DNA of 34,813 nt from Klebsormidium nitens (GCA_000708835.1 DF237715.1:1-34813), one strand, 5' to 3'; positions 1 to 9,886 are shown, numbered from the stretch's first letter. Numbers and translations: made by a program. Notes: generated by a model from the letters alone, not told the origin.

Positions 1-272
1 GGTCGGTCACAATAAGATGACATCGAAACCTCTCCTAAACGCTTATTTTCTTGAAACTGCGTGCGGGGGGCCGAAAATTGTTGAGGAATCTCGATTTTTC
101 ACCTTTATTAGTGGTTATAATAAAGCCACGTGTCACTTACGGCCAGTGGCTGCATGCGTTCCTGACTTTAGGTTCAACGGTTGATCGGATCCGAGGCCTG
201 CAATGACAACGAATGCACTAGGGGGCCGCTCTTTATTTCCTGCGCTAAGCATTATCAGTGCATCAGGCTACC

Positions 273-779
273 ATGGACCCGATCAAACGCAGTTTCAGAG
301 TCGTTCAAGCATTTGACGACAAACGTGCTGATGTTCTAGCGCTGCTTGCCGATAGCCGGCTGGAGATTGACGCTGTCAAGGGCCGCCCTTGTCAGGCTGG
401 GGCCCGAGCAGGATCGCAGCTACACCGCACGCAAAGATGCAGAGGCAAGCAGTTGCCATTACCCGTTAGCTTTTGTATCATGATCCAGGAAACGACCCGA
501 GGCTCTGCCAATAAACGGTTTGGATACACCGTTCATATCTCAGCCGTTAAAAAGTGCAATCGCCCGACCGACATGCCCTTCAAGGGTACCTTTCAAAGCA
601 CGGCAACGAAGATGCTGCCGGCCGACTTTGACGCTCTGAAGAAACCCTCGAAACCAAAGGCCGTTCGCAAGCCGTTGAAGAAGCCCCCGGCCCCTTGTAA
701 GAAGACCGCCCCACCGAAAACGAAAACGCAAAGGAAGCCCGCAGCAAAGCAAGCCGAGTTGGACTCCGATTGCGATTAG
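273..779 (+). CDS. Hypothetical protein with Lys/Pro/Ala-rich basic C-terminal tail
   Basis: ATG at 273 (ccATGG) in ORF 258..779; tail LKKPSKPKAVRKPLKKPPAPCKKTAPPKTKTQRKPAAK; no family recognised; may be spliced. Confidence 0.35.
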   Translation: MDPIKRSFRVVQAFDDKRADVLALLADSRLEIDAVKGRPCQAGARAGSQLHRTQRCRGKQLPLPVSFCIMIQETTRGSANKRFGYTVHISAVKKCNRPTDMPFKGTFQSTATKMLPADFDALKKPSKPKAVRKPLKKPPAPCKKTAPPKTKTQRKPAAKQAELDSDCD

Positions 780-870
780 TTCAACGTGAGGCCTCTTGAA
801 TACCCGAGTTGAAGGACGATAATATTGTCCCACGCGTGTATTTCCTAACGCTGACGTACACAATCATTCA

Positions 871-1104
871 ATGGCACACGTCGTGCATCGTGTTCAAAAC
901 GAGCAAGAGCACGACATGCGGCATCTCGTGGCCGACATTAACGGTCTCAATCTGATTTCGGACGGTGCTGATCAACTAATGAATAGAGGTATGCAGGTTC
1001 GCTTCCCAATTCATTCCGCTAGTTTGAGGAAGGGCATACTAAAGTTTCTAGCACGCGCATTTGATGATGTAGAGTCCAAGATGACCGCGTTGAATTCTCT
1101 GTAA
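871..1104 (+). CDS. Small hypothetical protein (77 aa)
   Basis: ATG-started ORF after an A/C-rich leader (caatcattcaATGG), convergent with the helicase gene; no recognisable motif. Confidence 0.3.
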   Translation: MAHVVHRVQNEQEHDMRHLVADINGLNLISDGADQLMNRGMQVRFPIHSASLRKGILKFLARAFDDVESKMTALNSL

Positions 1105-1210
1105 GCTATCTAGATGCGGCAGTGGGAGATAAAGGCGGACACATGGTGCAGCAATGCATGACAATCTTGTATGTAGGAGAGCAGATGCTTGACACGGGCT
1201 TACGGCGCGG

Positions 1211-1909
1211 TTACATTGAGTCCATGTAAGCATTTATTCCGGGACTGGCTAGCAGAGACGGTCGTTCACAATTACCAGGCCTTAAAACACTTTGACTCCT
1301 GCTATCCTTCCTCTCAACGAGGCTGTGTGGGGTTGACGTGTTGAGTCGGAACCCTCGGTAACCTCGGGCTTGATGCCCAGGGACTACAAACCTCAACTCT
1401 GAGGGCTTCTTCGGCCCCTCCAGGCCCTTCTTTCTACAGGCGTCTGCAAACTTGGTGGTGCTCCGGATAATAGGACCCTCCGTATCCCCAAACCTCACAC
1501 CATCGATCAACCTGTCTAAGTTGTTGTAGGCTTCCATCAGGCTATCCGTACTTTCGAAAGCCTTCACGTCCATGGTGCCTTCCCTCTGAAGGAAAGCTGC
1601 AAACGGGTCGTTCTCCTGCTCCCACATCTGCATGTACGCCTTGCTGGCTCCTGGCATATCCAGAAGCCGCCTCCCACTGGCGTACCAGTCCTTCGCACCT
1701 TGTACCAGAAACACCAGCAGCTTCTCGATCTCGGCCTTTAAGGCGTCTTCGAGTTCGGGATCACGCACTCCGTGAAGGGGGTTGTCGGGATTGCAGCCGT
1801 CTTCGTCGGGATAGAAGAATCGCATCGGGAAGACCAGCGTCAACAACCGTCGTTTCAGCGCCGCCGTCCACGTCTTTGCGCGAGGGGGGTAGTTCGAGCA
1901 CAGAATGTG
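1211..1909 (-). CDS. Last exon: SF3 helicase motif C, Arg finger and C-terminal region
   Basis: Acceptor ttcattggcag at 1910; HILCSNYPP...ALKRRLL...FPMRF; ends with ARGYRGFRL, typical of P4/D5 helicase C-termini; stop at 1211. Confidence 0.85.
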   Translation of the reverse strand, partial: HILCSNYPPRAKTWTAALKRRLLTLVFPMRFFYPDEDGCNPDNPLHGVRDPELEDALKAEIEKLLVFLVQGAKDWYASGRRLLDMPGASKAYMQMWEQENDPFAAFLQREGTMDVKAFESTDSLMEAYNNLDRLIDGVRFGDTEGPIIRSTTKFADACRKKGLEGPKKPSELRFVVPGHQARGYRGFRLNTSTPHSLVERKDSRSQSVLRPGNCERPSLLASPGINAYMDSM

Positions 1910-4900
1910 CTGCCAATGAAGGAGGTACACATTATAAAACATACGCAGACATGCAATCTTCTCAATCCGGCCGTGGACGAGCTGTTGTCTGCCAAGAGAA
2001 CATACCAGCTACGGTTTTCTCTTCATAGACAACACAGACGGCCTGGACAACACTTTCGAGAAACCTTCGAACTTCGGATTCGGCCTTATCGATTGCGCCC
2101 AAGCCGTGGACAGATGTGCTGTCCACCAAGAGAAAAAACCAGCTACGGATCTCTCTTCATAGACAACACAGACGGCTCAGACAACACTTTCGAGAAGCCT
2201 TTGAAATCCCTATTCGACCTAATCGGGTTTGCCCAAACCGCCGTGGACGGATGTGATGTCCACCAAGAGGAAAAACCAGCTACGGATCTGACTTCGTAGA
2301 CAACACAGACGGCTTAGACAACGCATTCGAGAAGCCTTCGAATTTCGGATTCGGCATGATCACTCACCAGGTGGGTCGTTTGATACGTGACGTAATCTGC
2401 ATACAACGCCCTGCTCGTGATTGTCGTCTCTCCTGTCAGGCGCTTCAAATCAGACTCCGAGATTTCGTCCGTCTCACCCGTCTCTAAGCACACCGCTATC
2501 CGGGTGTCTCGCAAACCTGGCAGATGCAAGTGATCATATCAGGCCTGTAAGCAGACATCAGCAGTGGGGTTCACTGAGCATATTCAGGGGGCCGACGTCC
2601 GGATCGCAACAAGCCCCATGCGCAGGGACAGCCTGGCATGCTTTGGGCAACTAAGCGACACGTGGCTGGACAAGAGCTTGCATTTTCTCTTTCTTTCATT
2701 TGACTTGAAAGTAACAATCCTATCATGAGATGATACGTCAAAGAGGTATCTTCTCTGTACAGTGCAGAGAATGCGTCATGTACACGTGGCTTTACTTACG
2801 TGCTTCATCCGGATTTGCAGCACCCTTCCCAAGCGGCCGTTGGCCCTTAGACGTCAAGAGCATGTCCTTGGAGACATCCTTGTAGAACTGTCCAAGGAGA
2901 TGCTTCACAAGACCCAAGAGGAGGCTCTTTCCCGCCGATCCCTCTCCAATCATGATCAGCATGACCTGGTTGGATGTGTGCCCTGTGATGCCGTATCCCA
3001 GGATCCGCTGGAGGTAAGCGAGCGCCTCCGGGGTGTGCGTGATCTGGCTCAGGAACTTGCCCGTCTTGCCCATCGGCATGGCAAGCCCCGTCGAAGGCCA
3101 CGTAATAGGAAGCTGGAAGGACCACATATACTGCAAAACGACAATCCGCTTTCAATCCCATGCTAAGTCCTATGGTTTGGGTTCGCTGCACAAGGAGCAC
3201 ACATTCTTCGCATGAGGCGCACTTAGCAAGCTCAGGTTGCCAGGGTCAAGCTCGATCTTGCACAAACCTCAGATGCGGCCAAGTGTGCTTTGAAATCGAA
3301 ACCAAAAGCCTCTCAAATATGGAATCGGCCGTATCAATTGTGGCTGACGAGCGTGGACAGCGGTGCTGTCCGTCAAAAGCGAAACCAATCTACGAATCTC
3401 CTCTCATAGACAACACAGACAGCTTGAACAGCCCTTGCAGAAGCTACACAAATCTGGGTTCGGCCCTGTCAATTGTGGCTGGTCAACGAGCGTGGACAGA
3501 TGCGCTTTCCATCAAGAGCGACATCAATCTACGAATCTCCTCTCATAGACAACACAGACAACTTTGACAGCACTTGCAAAAGCCTCTCGACCTCACCTTA
3601 GGATGATGGGCAACCAGGGTCCCCGTCTGCAGCAGGATGACACCGTTCTGGACAGGCAGCGCATCCTTGTCCTTGTTCAGGGCGTCCTCGAATCCCGGCT
3701 CGAGGCAGTAGCCCTTCAAGGTCGTCATGATCTGGCTCATCTTTGCGTTAAAGTTGAAGTTGACGAGCTTCTCCTCCTGCCCCTTCTGTTGAGGACGATC
3801 CCCCCCGTCTTCTTCCTTTGACTCGCCCTCTTCCTGATCAAGCTCGGCCGCGGTCTCCTTTCTATATGCGGCGCTAACCTTGTTGAGCTCCCCACGGCAG
3901 ACCTTGCTCGCAAGACGCCCGCCCACGTCCACTACCCACATCGACCCGTTCCAATAGTACCACTTTTCATTGCAGAACACGAGCTTGTGGCCCGTGTACG
4001 TCTGCAGGCGGTCGATGATCTGCGCACCTCCCTCGTCCCCTGGAGAGGGTTTGAAATCTAATGTCAAGTGCAGCATTCGTTGTCTCATGCATTGAATCAC
4101 TAAATCGAGCAATATCACCAGGACAGACCATCAGCGATACACATGGAAGAATCTCTTCTCGAGGGCAACTCCAGACATCCATCTCTTCTACGTTGTCAAC
4201 AGGTGAGCATCGGGGTTACCTGGACGCGGTACTGTTTGAGAAGTGTTCGGGACCGAGAGGGCCGCGAGGTTTTATATAACCTCTCAAACTCGAGCAGCGT
4301 TTGCAGATTGTTGTGATGCGTACCTGCCACGACCGAAAGGTTATTCCGCAGGAAGGAGAAGGGGAGCAGCTGCCGGTCCTCGTAAAGACGATCGCGGTCG
4401 TTGTTCAGGGGCATGGCGTCTGAGAAGGCCGCCGCAACCGGAAATGTGAGACGCCCGAGTTTCCTGTTGCGGCGCCCTTCCGCGCCGGTCTTGCAGCGCT
4501 CGCTATGGCAAATGTAGGTGATTTCCGTCCCCCTTCTCAGAAGACCGAAGTTGTTGCTGCTGTGCGGCTGCCCCCCTTGCTCTGCGTACGGGCATGGCCG
4601 ACCCCCTGCATCGTTGCGCCAGTGGTACATCACTGCGTCCGGGCCCGCCACCGTGTTGGCCTCCGCCTTTGAGAAGACGGACGAAGTGTCGCCGGAACTG
4701 TTGAGCATGCCTCGCATGACTTCGACCACCTTCCGCTGCAGGTCGGTGTCCCAGAGGTCTGGCGCGCGCGACGCAACGGGCGGCTCGTATCTCACACTGG
4801 GACCCGCGTCCTTCCCTGTGTCAGACAATGGCCCTTTCCGCCGGCCCCCACACCCCCCGCCCCTCACCGACTCTCGCTCGTTCAGGATCTTGATCAGCCA

Positions 4901-6101
4901 ATCTGGAAGGGGGGACAAGTCGTCCGTGGAGGGGAGCTCGGTCGCACCAACGACAGTGTAGCGCGCCATCTCCCCGGCCCGCTCATAGGAGGACGGCGGG
5001 CACGCGATCATGCCGCCCGAGCTCACGCCCCTCATGTCGACCCCCACCTTCTTCATCAACTCCTTTCCCGATACCGGATCCAGGACCTTCAGTTCGAGCT
5101 TCGCAAAGTGCGTCGGGGTGTCTGCGCCCAACCCCGCATCCACACTCTTCCAGTGGGAGAAATAGACGTGCACACCCCCGCTGCCAGTGCGCACTCGAGG
5201 AGTGACGAACGGGCCGTGCTCTCTCTCCCACTCCGCTAGCTGGTCCATGCCCCCATCGCTATGATCAAAGTCCATCACGGCGATGCCGGACGCCGTTGTG
5301 TTGATGAGCAATGTGTTCTGGGTTGATTGGAAGAAGGAGGCGGTCAGGCAATTGGCGCGGGTGGTGGTCTGCCACTTCCTTGGAGGAATCATGCATTTCC
5401 TCCACTTCCCCCTTTCGAACTGGGGTCCCAAACTGTGTCCGCTGTGAACACCACGTAGCCCTTCGCAATCATGGCGCAGGCTGCAGTCTCCTGCAAGAGT
5501 GACGAGCAAGCCATGAGTGCAGATTCAACAAGACAAGATTTGGCGCCAGATCAAACGCGTGATTTGATTCTTGTGTTGTCTTCAAATTTGGAGCTTATGT
5601 TCACAGCAGCGTGGCGGGCCCCTATTCGAAACCATATCAAAAAGGGTGAAAGACTTCCCGACCTGCCGTCCAACTTGTCCAAGCCGTCTACGAAGAGAAA
5701 TCCGTGAATGTAAGCTCCTCTGGATGGACAGAGCCCCTGTCCAGCCGAAATGAGTCACAGCCGCGTTCAAAGACATCCAAAATCAGATCTTCGAGCTACT
5801 TCCAAACTGCCGTCTAAGCCGTCTACGAAGAGCAATCGTTGAATCAAAGTTGCTCTTGGTAGACAGCGCTCCGTCACAGCCAATATCAAGTAAAGATCCA
5901 CATAAGGCTTACCATCTCGCTCGCTCGAATCTCCCGCTCTTGATCCGCACGGCGATGGTCAGATGGTGTGTTGGCTTGCTGTGCAGGCCGGTCGTCCAAC
6001 ATCTCCCTGTCCGCTGCGGTCTCCTCTACCTCATCGTCAGCACCTTCGCAATCATCCCCCATAGAGGCCGACGATTGGTGCCGCAACGGGCTAATCGGTT
6101 C
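1211..6101 (-). CDS. Spliced Prim-Pol primase/polymerase + Zn finger + D5_N + SF3 (D5/P4-type) helicase, about 990 aa, with one apparent frameshift
   Basis: Exons 6101-5913, 5490-4324, 4039-3597, 3130-2800, 2516-2368, 1909-1211 join at GT-AG sites with matching phases once 1 nt is added at the C5 run 5408-5412; AEP and SF3 motifs all present (see exon entries). Confidence 0.85.
1970..2350 (+). repeat. Repeat cluster A: 3 tandem units (periods 133 and 137 bp) in intron 1910-2367
   Basis: GTGGAC starts at 1973, 2106, 2243 (perfect gtggacag-atgtg-ctgtccac at 2106-2126); 9-bp-phased GAC triplets at 2026/2035/2044, 2160/2169/2178, 2297/2306/2315. Confidence 0.9.
2368..2516 (-). CDS. Exon: SF3 Walker B and motif B
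   Basis: Phase-1 join gives PDEA-R-LRDTRIAVCLETGETDEISESDLKRLTGETTITSRALY; donor CTG/gtgagt. Confidence 0.85.
2800..3130 (-). CDS. Exon: SF3 Walker A
   Basis: FLSQIT...YLQRILGYGITG...LIMIGEGSAGKSLL (Walker A at 2924-2947); acceptor ttttgcag, donor C/gtaagt. Confidence 0.9.
3320..3570 (+). repeat. Repeat cluster B: 2 units (period 139 bp) in intron 3131-3596
   Basis: gtggacag at 3353 and 3492; ctctcatagacaacacagac with tagac at 3407 and 3546. Confidence 0.9.
3597..4039 (-). CDS. Exon: D5_N-like domain
   Basis: GDEGGAQII...KWYYWNGSMWVVD...LNKDKDALPVQNGVILLQTGTLVAHHPK; acceptor ctctccag, donor AAG/gtgagg. Confidence 0.85.
4324..5490 (-). CDS. Exon: bifunctional primase-polymerase (AEP, Prim-Pol type) and Zn finger
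   Basis: IAVMDFD, RTGSGGVHVYF, GVDMRG..GGMIACPPS; CPY...HSSNNF...CHSERC; donor GCAG/gtacgc; the N-terminal AACAMIAKGYVVF segment is in a different frame upstream of 5408-5412. Confidence 0.85.
5660..5880 (-). repeat. Repeat cluster C: 2 units (period 135 bp), inverted, in intron 5491-5912
   Basis: gtccaactt-gtccaagcc-gtctacgaagag at 5668; tggacag-agccc-ctgtcca at 5725-5743; second gtctaagccgtctacgaagag at 5812. Confidence 0.85.
5913..6101 (-). CDS. Acidic low-complexity upstream exon of the primase-helicase gene (or first exon from ATG 6062)
   Basis: tttgcag acceptor, ATG/gtaagc donor; 63 codons, phase 0-0; joins as EIRASEM-ETAACAMIAKGYVVF. Confidence 0.55.
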
Positions 6102-6283
6102 CTGCAAAGGTTGAGAGCATGAGATTGGCGCGCAAACAAGCGTTGTTGGAGTGACTCTTGGTCCGTTATATATTAACCCAGCACGCGGCGCGTGGCTCTT
6201 GAAAAGGACGTGAAAAACGAGGCCAATTCTTCAAAAAGAAAACGGCTGCAAACATAGTATCTATGTGCGCAGATGCTCCGTAC

Positions 6284-8029
6284 CGAGCGGGGGTGACTGC
6301 TGGCGGATGAGGCTTGCCCGTCTTCAATTTTCAGGTTCGAACTTATGCCGACATGCATCGGCGACGCTATAAGCGGATCTTGCAAGCCATTCGGCAGTCA
6401 CACATCCGACGAATCTAGCGACCGGCAACGTCAGGACCCGCACACGGGGCCCCGGGCAAAATCGAATGCGAGCTTCTACATGGCGTGTGTATATGTGCAT
6501 CCGAGTTGTACACTGCGTGGATCAAATGACGCAAGGTCAGTTCAGCATTCCCAATGCAAATGGTGCTGCAAAAGGTAGGGAAGGGGGGGCGGGCCCAGAT
6601 TGGATCTGATGTGATTAACAAGCCATGTTCGGCCACGAAATTGCTACCCTTAAAGAGTATAATTAATTTGTCCCGACCTACTCAAAGCCTACCGACCGTG
6701 ATTCTGAAGAAAGTCGTTTAGAGGTACATGAAAATTCCTGTACTTCGCCCTCTCTGTTCAAAAGTTTGAGCTTCAGGCTTGGCTCAGGGGCATTCTGCCT
6801 GGTCCAAACATAAATACACCCTTCTGGCGCAGCTCCAAAGTGGGTCCAAACAAGGTTGCAATTCTCACGCCCTCATCATCTGCTGCGCCACCAATGATGG
6901 CCGCGTCCGACCCCTCATGTGCACTCGCTGGCCCTTGCTCGCGCTCCGAACATTTTTCCTCATGTAGCTTGCGTTTCTTGCCCCGTTCAAGACCGGAGGC
7001 GTCTTCAGATTCCATTGGCGCCGCCAATACACCACAACCCTGCGCACATAACAGTGACGTCATGCGTTAATGATCGAGCACTGTCGAACGTAGGCAGATT
7101 ATCGTGGACAGGAAGTCTGTCCATCAAGAGAGACTTCAACCTACGAATTCCTCTACATGGACGGCTTGGACAGCTCAGACAAAATTTCAGAAGCCTCCAA
7201 CGTTTGCAATCTCGCCCCACATACCAACTGCCTCAGACAGGGGTTCTGCCCAAGGAGAGAAGATTCGATCTACAAACCCCTCTACATGGACGGCTCAGAC
7301 GGCTCAGACAAGACTATTAGAACCCCCCAACATTTGAGAGACCGGCCACCATGGCCAAGTGCCGTGGACAAGGTTCTGTCCATCAAGAGGGGTTTCGACT
7401 AAGAATCCCTCTACATGGACAAATTGGGCGGCTTGGACAGCATTCTTAGGAGCCCCAAGAATTCGACACGCCGCCCTGCTACCGCCAACTTGTATCCAGG
7501 AGATACCGATGCATGCTCTTCTAAACCGTCTATAGCTCGCAACAAGAACAAAACTCGTTGCAGGGTCAGTGGCGTGCGCAAGGGCGCTTTTTTAGAAAAG
7601 CGGACTCACCTGTTTACGGCACTCCCTTCCAGCATCATCACGGAGCCGTTTCTGAAATGCTTCAAACGGACTACTGAAGAGAGTTTGCCTCGCGACTTCA
7701 TCTGGTAGGCCCTCCATCTGGAAGAAGAAGAAAAGAGGACTTTTCAAGAGGGAATAACCGACGCTAGCAGTGCTACCAAATGCCAGATGAAACTTGTTCA
7801 CACCAACTTCACAAACCAAGCACAACTTCACACACGAGTGCACACACAACCTTCTGGAAGTTACCCAAGTCCAACAAGCTAAACAGCAGCCATAACAGAA
7901 CGACCACCAGCATCTTCAATGAGCACAGGGCGATGCCACCTACCTGACTTGCGCGTCGGTAAAGTGCCAGTTCTGTAGGCTCAAGTCCAACCTTGATAGC
8001 GTGCTGGTCCACCTGGACACGCCATTCTT
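6284..8029 (-). CDS. Possible further 5' exons of the same gene (8029-7944, 7717-7610, 7039-6820, about 6368-6284)
   Basis: Good splice sites (CAG/gtaggt, ttccag/ATG, CAG/gtgagt, gcgcag/GGT) with compatible phases; encodes EEWRVQVDQHAIKVGLEPTELALY...RGKKRKL; no family recognised; could be a separate gene. Confidence 0.35.
7100..7440 (+). repeat. Repeat cluster D: 3 units (period about 129 bp)
   Basis: Palindromes at 7104, 7234, 7364; cctctacatggac followed by 9-bp-phased GAC motifs at 7158, 7287, 7416. Confidence 0.9.
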
Positions 8030-9174
8030 CTACACACAATCGTAGAAGAAGGAAGGACGCGTAAGGACGACATCCCACGTGCAAGCCCTAACTTATGCCA
8101 ACACGCCTAGCGCTGCCAAGCTGCCCCGCTGAAGTTCTTCCAGCATGAGCAGCTAGTACACTACGACTCACCACAAGCCCAACGCAACCTCAGCGCAAGC
8201 GAAGGCTCAGTACGCGAGGCGTCTGAGCACTAGATCAGAAGATAAACTCAGGAACGAGAAGGAAGTAAGGGAACTCTATCATGCTATCTAGACACCTAGG
8301 CGCTGTGATAACATCTGCTGAGTACTTGATTTTTTCAAAACAATCAGGACCAGGTGGCGCCATGGGCCACAGACCTAACAACCAACCTCAAGCCCCCTCA
8401 AGCAACATCTCATTCAGAAACATGATTACAAGTATGTAGGAGCCCCTTTGCAGTCACCAGCGACTAACGACCGGCCACTTATATCTGTCCAGCTGCACCT
8501 TAGCGACCAGAACAACAAAAACAAACACATGTCTGCGCACGGCCAGGTCTGCCCTGAGCTAGCAACTAAGCTCAGAATCACTAGCAGGACTAATCTAATT
8601 GACGGCAGCTGAGCACTGAGCCAACCTGACATGATAGAATCAAGCTGAAGCAAGAACAGAGCAGGAAACGATAAGATGACGACTCACCCCTGGTTTTAAT
8701 TGCAAAGCGCTGGGGGAATCGAACGCCTGTTCTGTCTCAGCAGGTTGGTCAGGTCGTGATTGTCGCCTGACAGCCTAGACTAGCAGACTAGGCACAGTGT
8801 GATATATGCAGCCCCGTGTGAGCTCACAGGCGGGCAATCGGCGTCACGGTATCCTTGTCGGTGACTTCTCAGCCTACAAACTCCAGCCTGTGGGGAACGC
8901 TCTTCAGCTCTTAGCTCAGATTGAAAGCCTACTTCAACCATACACAACCTGTCTAAACACCTATGCAAACGCTCGAGCTGGGAACCTGGCACCACCCAGG
9001 TGCGGAACACTCAACAAGACGCCGCCCACCTCAGATCATGGTGGTGGTGCTGGTGGTCACTTTACTTGCAAGTTGAACAAAAGGCAGGGCTCTCAGCTTG
9101 CTGATCAGCTACAGCTTACGTGGCGAGGCAGGCGGCAAATTCTGTTTGCAAATTCTTGGCAAAGGTTCCACCCC

Positions 9175-9381
9175 GTCTGAGCTGTCCGGACTGTCTATGA
9201 AGAGGGGCTTGTAAATGATATTTTGTCCCGATGGACAGCGTGCTGTCACCCAGGCAGCCCGGCGTCTGACCGAATTTACTCGAATTTTTCCGGAGGCTCC
9301 AACCCCGGTCCAAGCTGTCTGAGCCGTCTATGACGAGGGGTTCGTGAATGATTTTTTGTCCCCATGGACAGCGTACTGTCC
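9175..9381 (-). repeat. Repeat cluster E: 2 units (period 133 bp), inverted
   Basis: gtctgagct-gtccggact-gtctatgaagagggg at 9175; gtccaagct-gtctgagcc-gtctatgacgagggg at 9308; tggacag palindromes at 9232 and 9365. Confidence 0.9.
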
Positions 9382-9506
9382 GAGCTCGGAAACGGACGGG
9401 GCGGTTAAGGGGGGGCCTCTGGCACCGAAAATACCGGCGCTGGTGCCCGGTTGGGGACTGGGCTGGGCGTTCCGGGCGTGGCGCAGCCGCGGGTCTTGCC
9501 GGCAGA

Positions 9507-9554
9507 GGGGACACGTGTCGATCTGTGGTTGGGCAATTTTATCCCGTTCATCTC
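9507..9554 (+). repeat. Dispersed motif of about 48 bp, copy 1
   Basis: ggggacacgt-N7-tgtggttgggcaattttatcccgttcatctc; near-identical copy at 24597-24645. Confidence 0.8.
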
Positions 9555-9886
9555 GGCGTCTAAACGGAGCTCTCACGACGAATACGCGGTCGCATCTCGT
9601 TTCTTATTCGGAATCATACCTTAGCCGTACGGGTAGGGGGTCCACTACAAAATGACCCTTACCGTGGCTAGTATTACCATTACCGTAGGGTTTCAAGTTT
9701 CAAGTTTAGAGTGCCTGCCTTCTTCTGGACAGGATCGAAGTTGATTCTAACCAGGTTTTGTGGACTCTTCAAACTCGACTGGTTTTCTTCATAGCTTTCA
9801 TGTGCTTCCTTGCAAGGCGCTTTGAAGTGCAGCATTGAACAACATTGTAGAGGGGAAGTACACAGAGCAAAAGGAGTAGTAGGAAG

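Larger units (their letters stand above)
250..9400. mobile_element. Putative integrated primase-helicase (Prim-Pol/D5) replicon-like element; boundaries approximate
   Basis: Phage/plasmid-type Prim-Pol + SF3 helicase gene plus a repeat family confined to 1970-9381; no TIR, TSD, integrase or capsid gene identified; left end may lie outside the window. Confidence 0.5.

Noticed and set aside
1772-2299. 175 aa plus-strand ORF (also 3160-3567 and the 7104-7402 ORFs)
   Set aside because: Open frames running through the repeat arrays or antisense to the helicase; frames are not preserved between repeat units
1970-2350. CRISPR-like repeat-spacer appearance of the repeat clusters
   Set aside because: Units are 129-139 bp and homologous along their length with no unique spacers; no cas genes; eukaryotic intronic context
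4196-4323. C-terminal extension of the 437 aa primase ORF and alternative donor CAG/gtaacc at 4219
   Set aside because: The donor at 4323 gives the correct phase-1 join to the 4039 exon; the extension is intron read-through
8700-8790. tRNA T-loop/B-box-like GTTCGATTCCCC on the minus strand
   Set aside because: No T-stem or acceptor-stem pairing and no D or anticodon arm could be built
9643-9655. CACTACAAAA, resembling a CACTA transposon terminus
   Set aside because: No matching inverted TTTTGTAGTG end and no CACTA transposase found in the window
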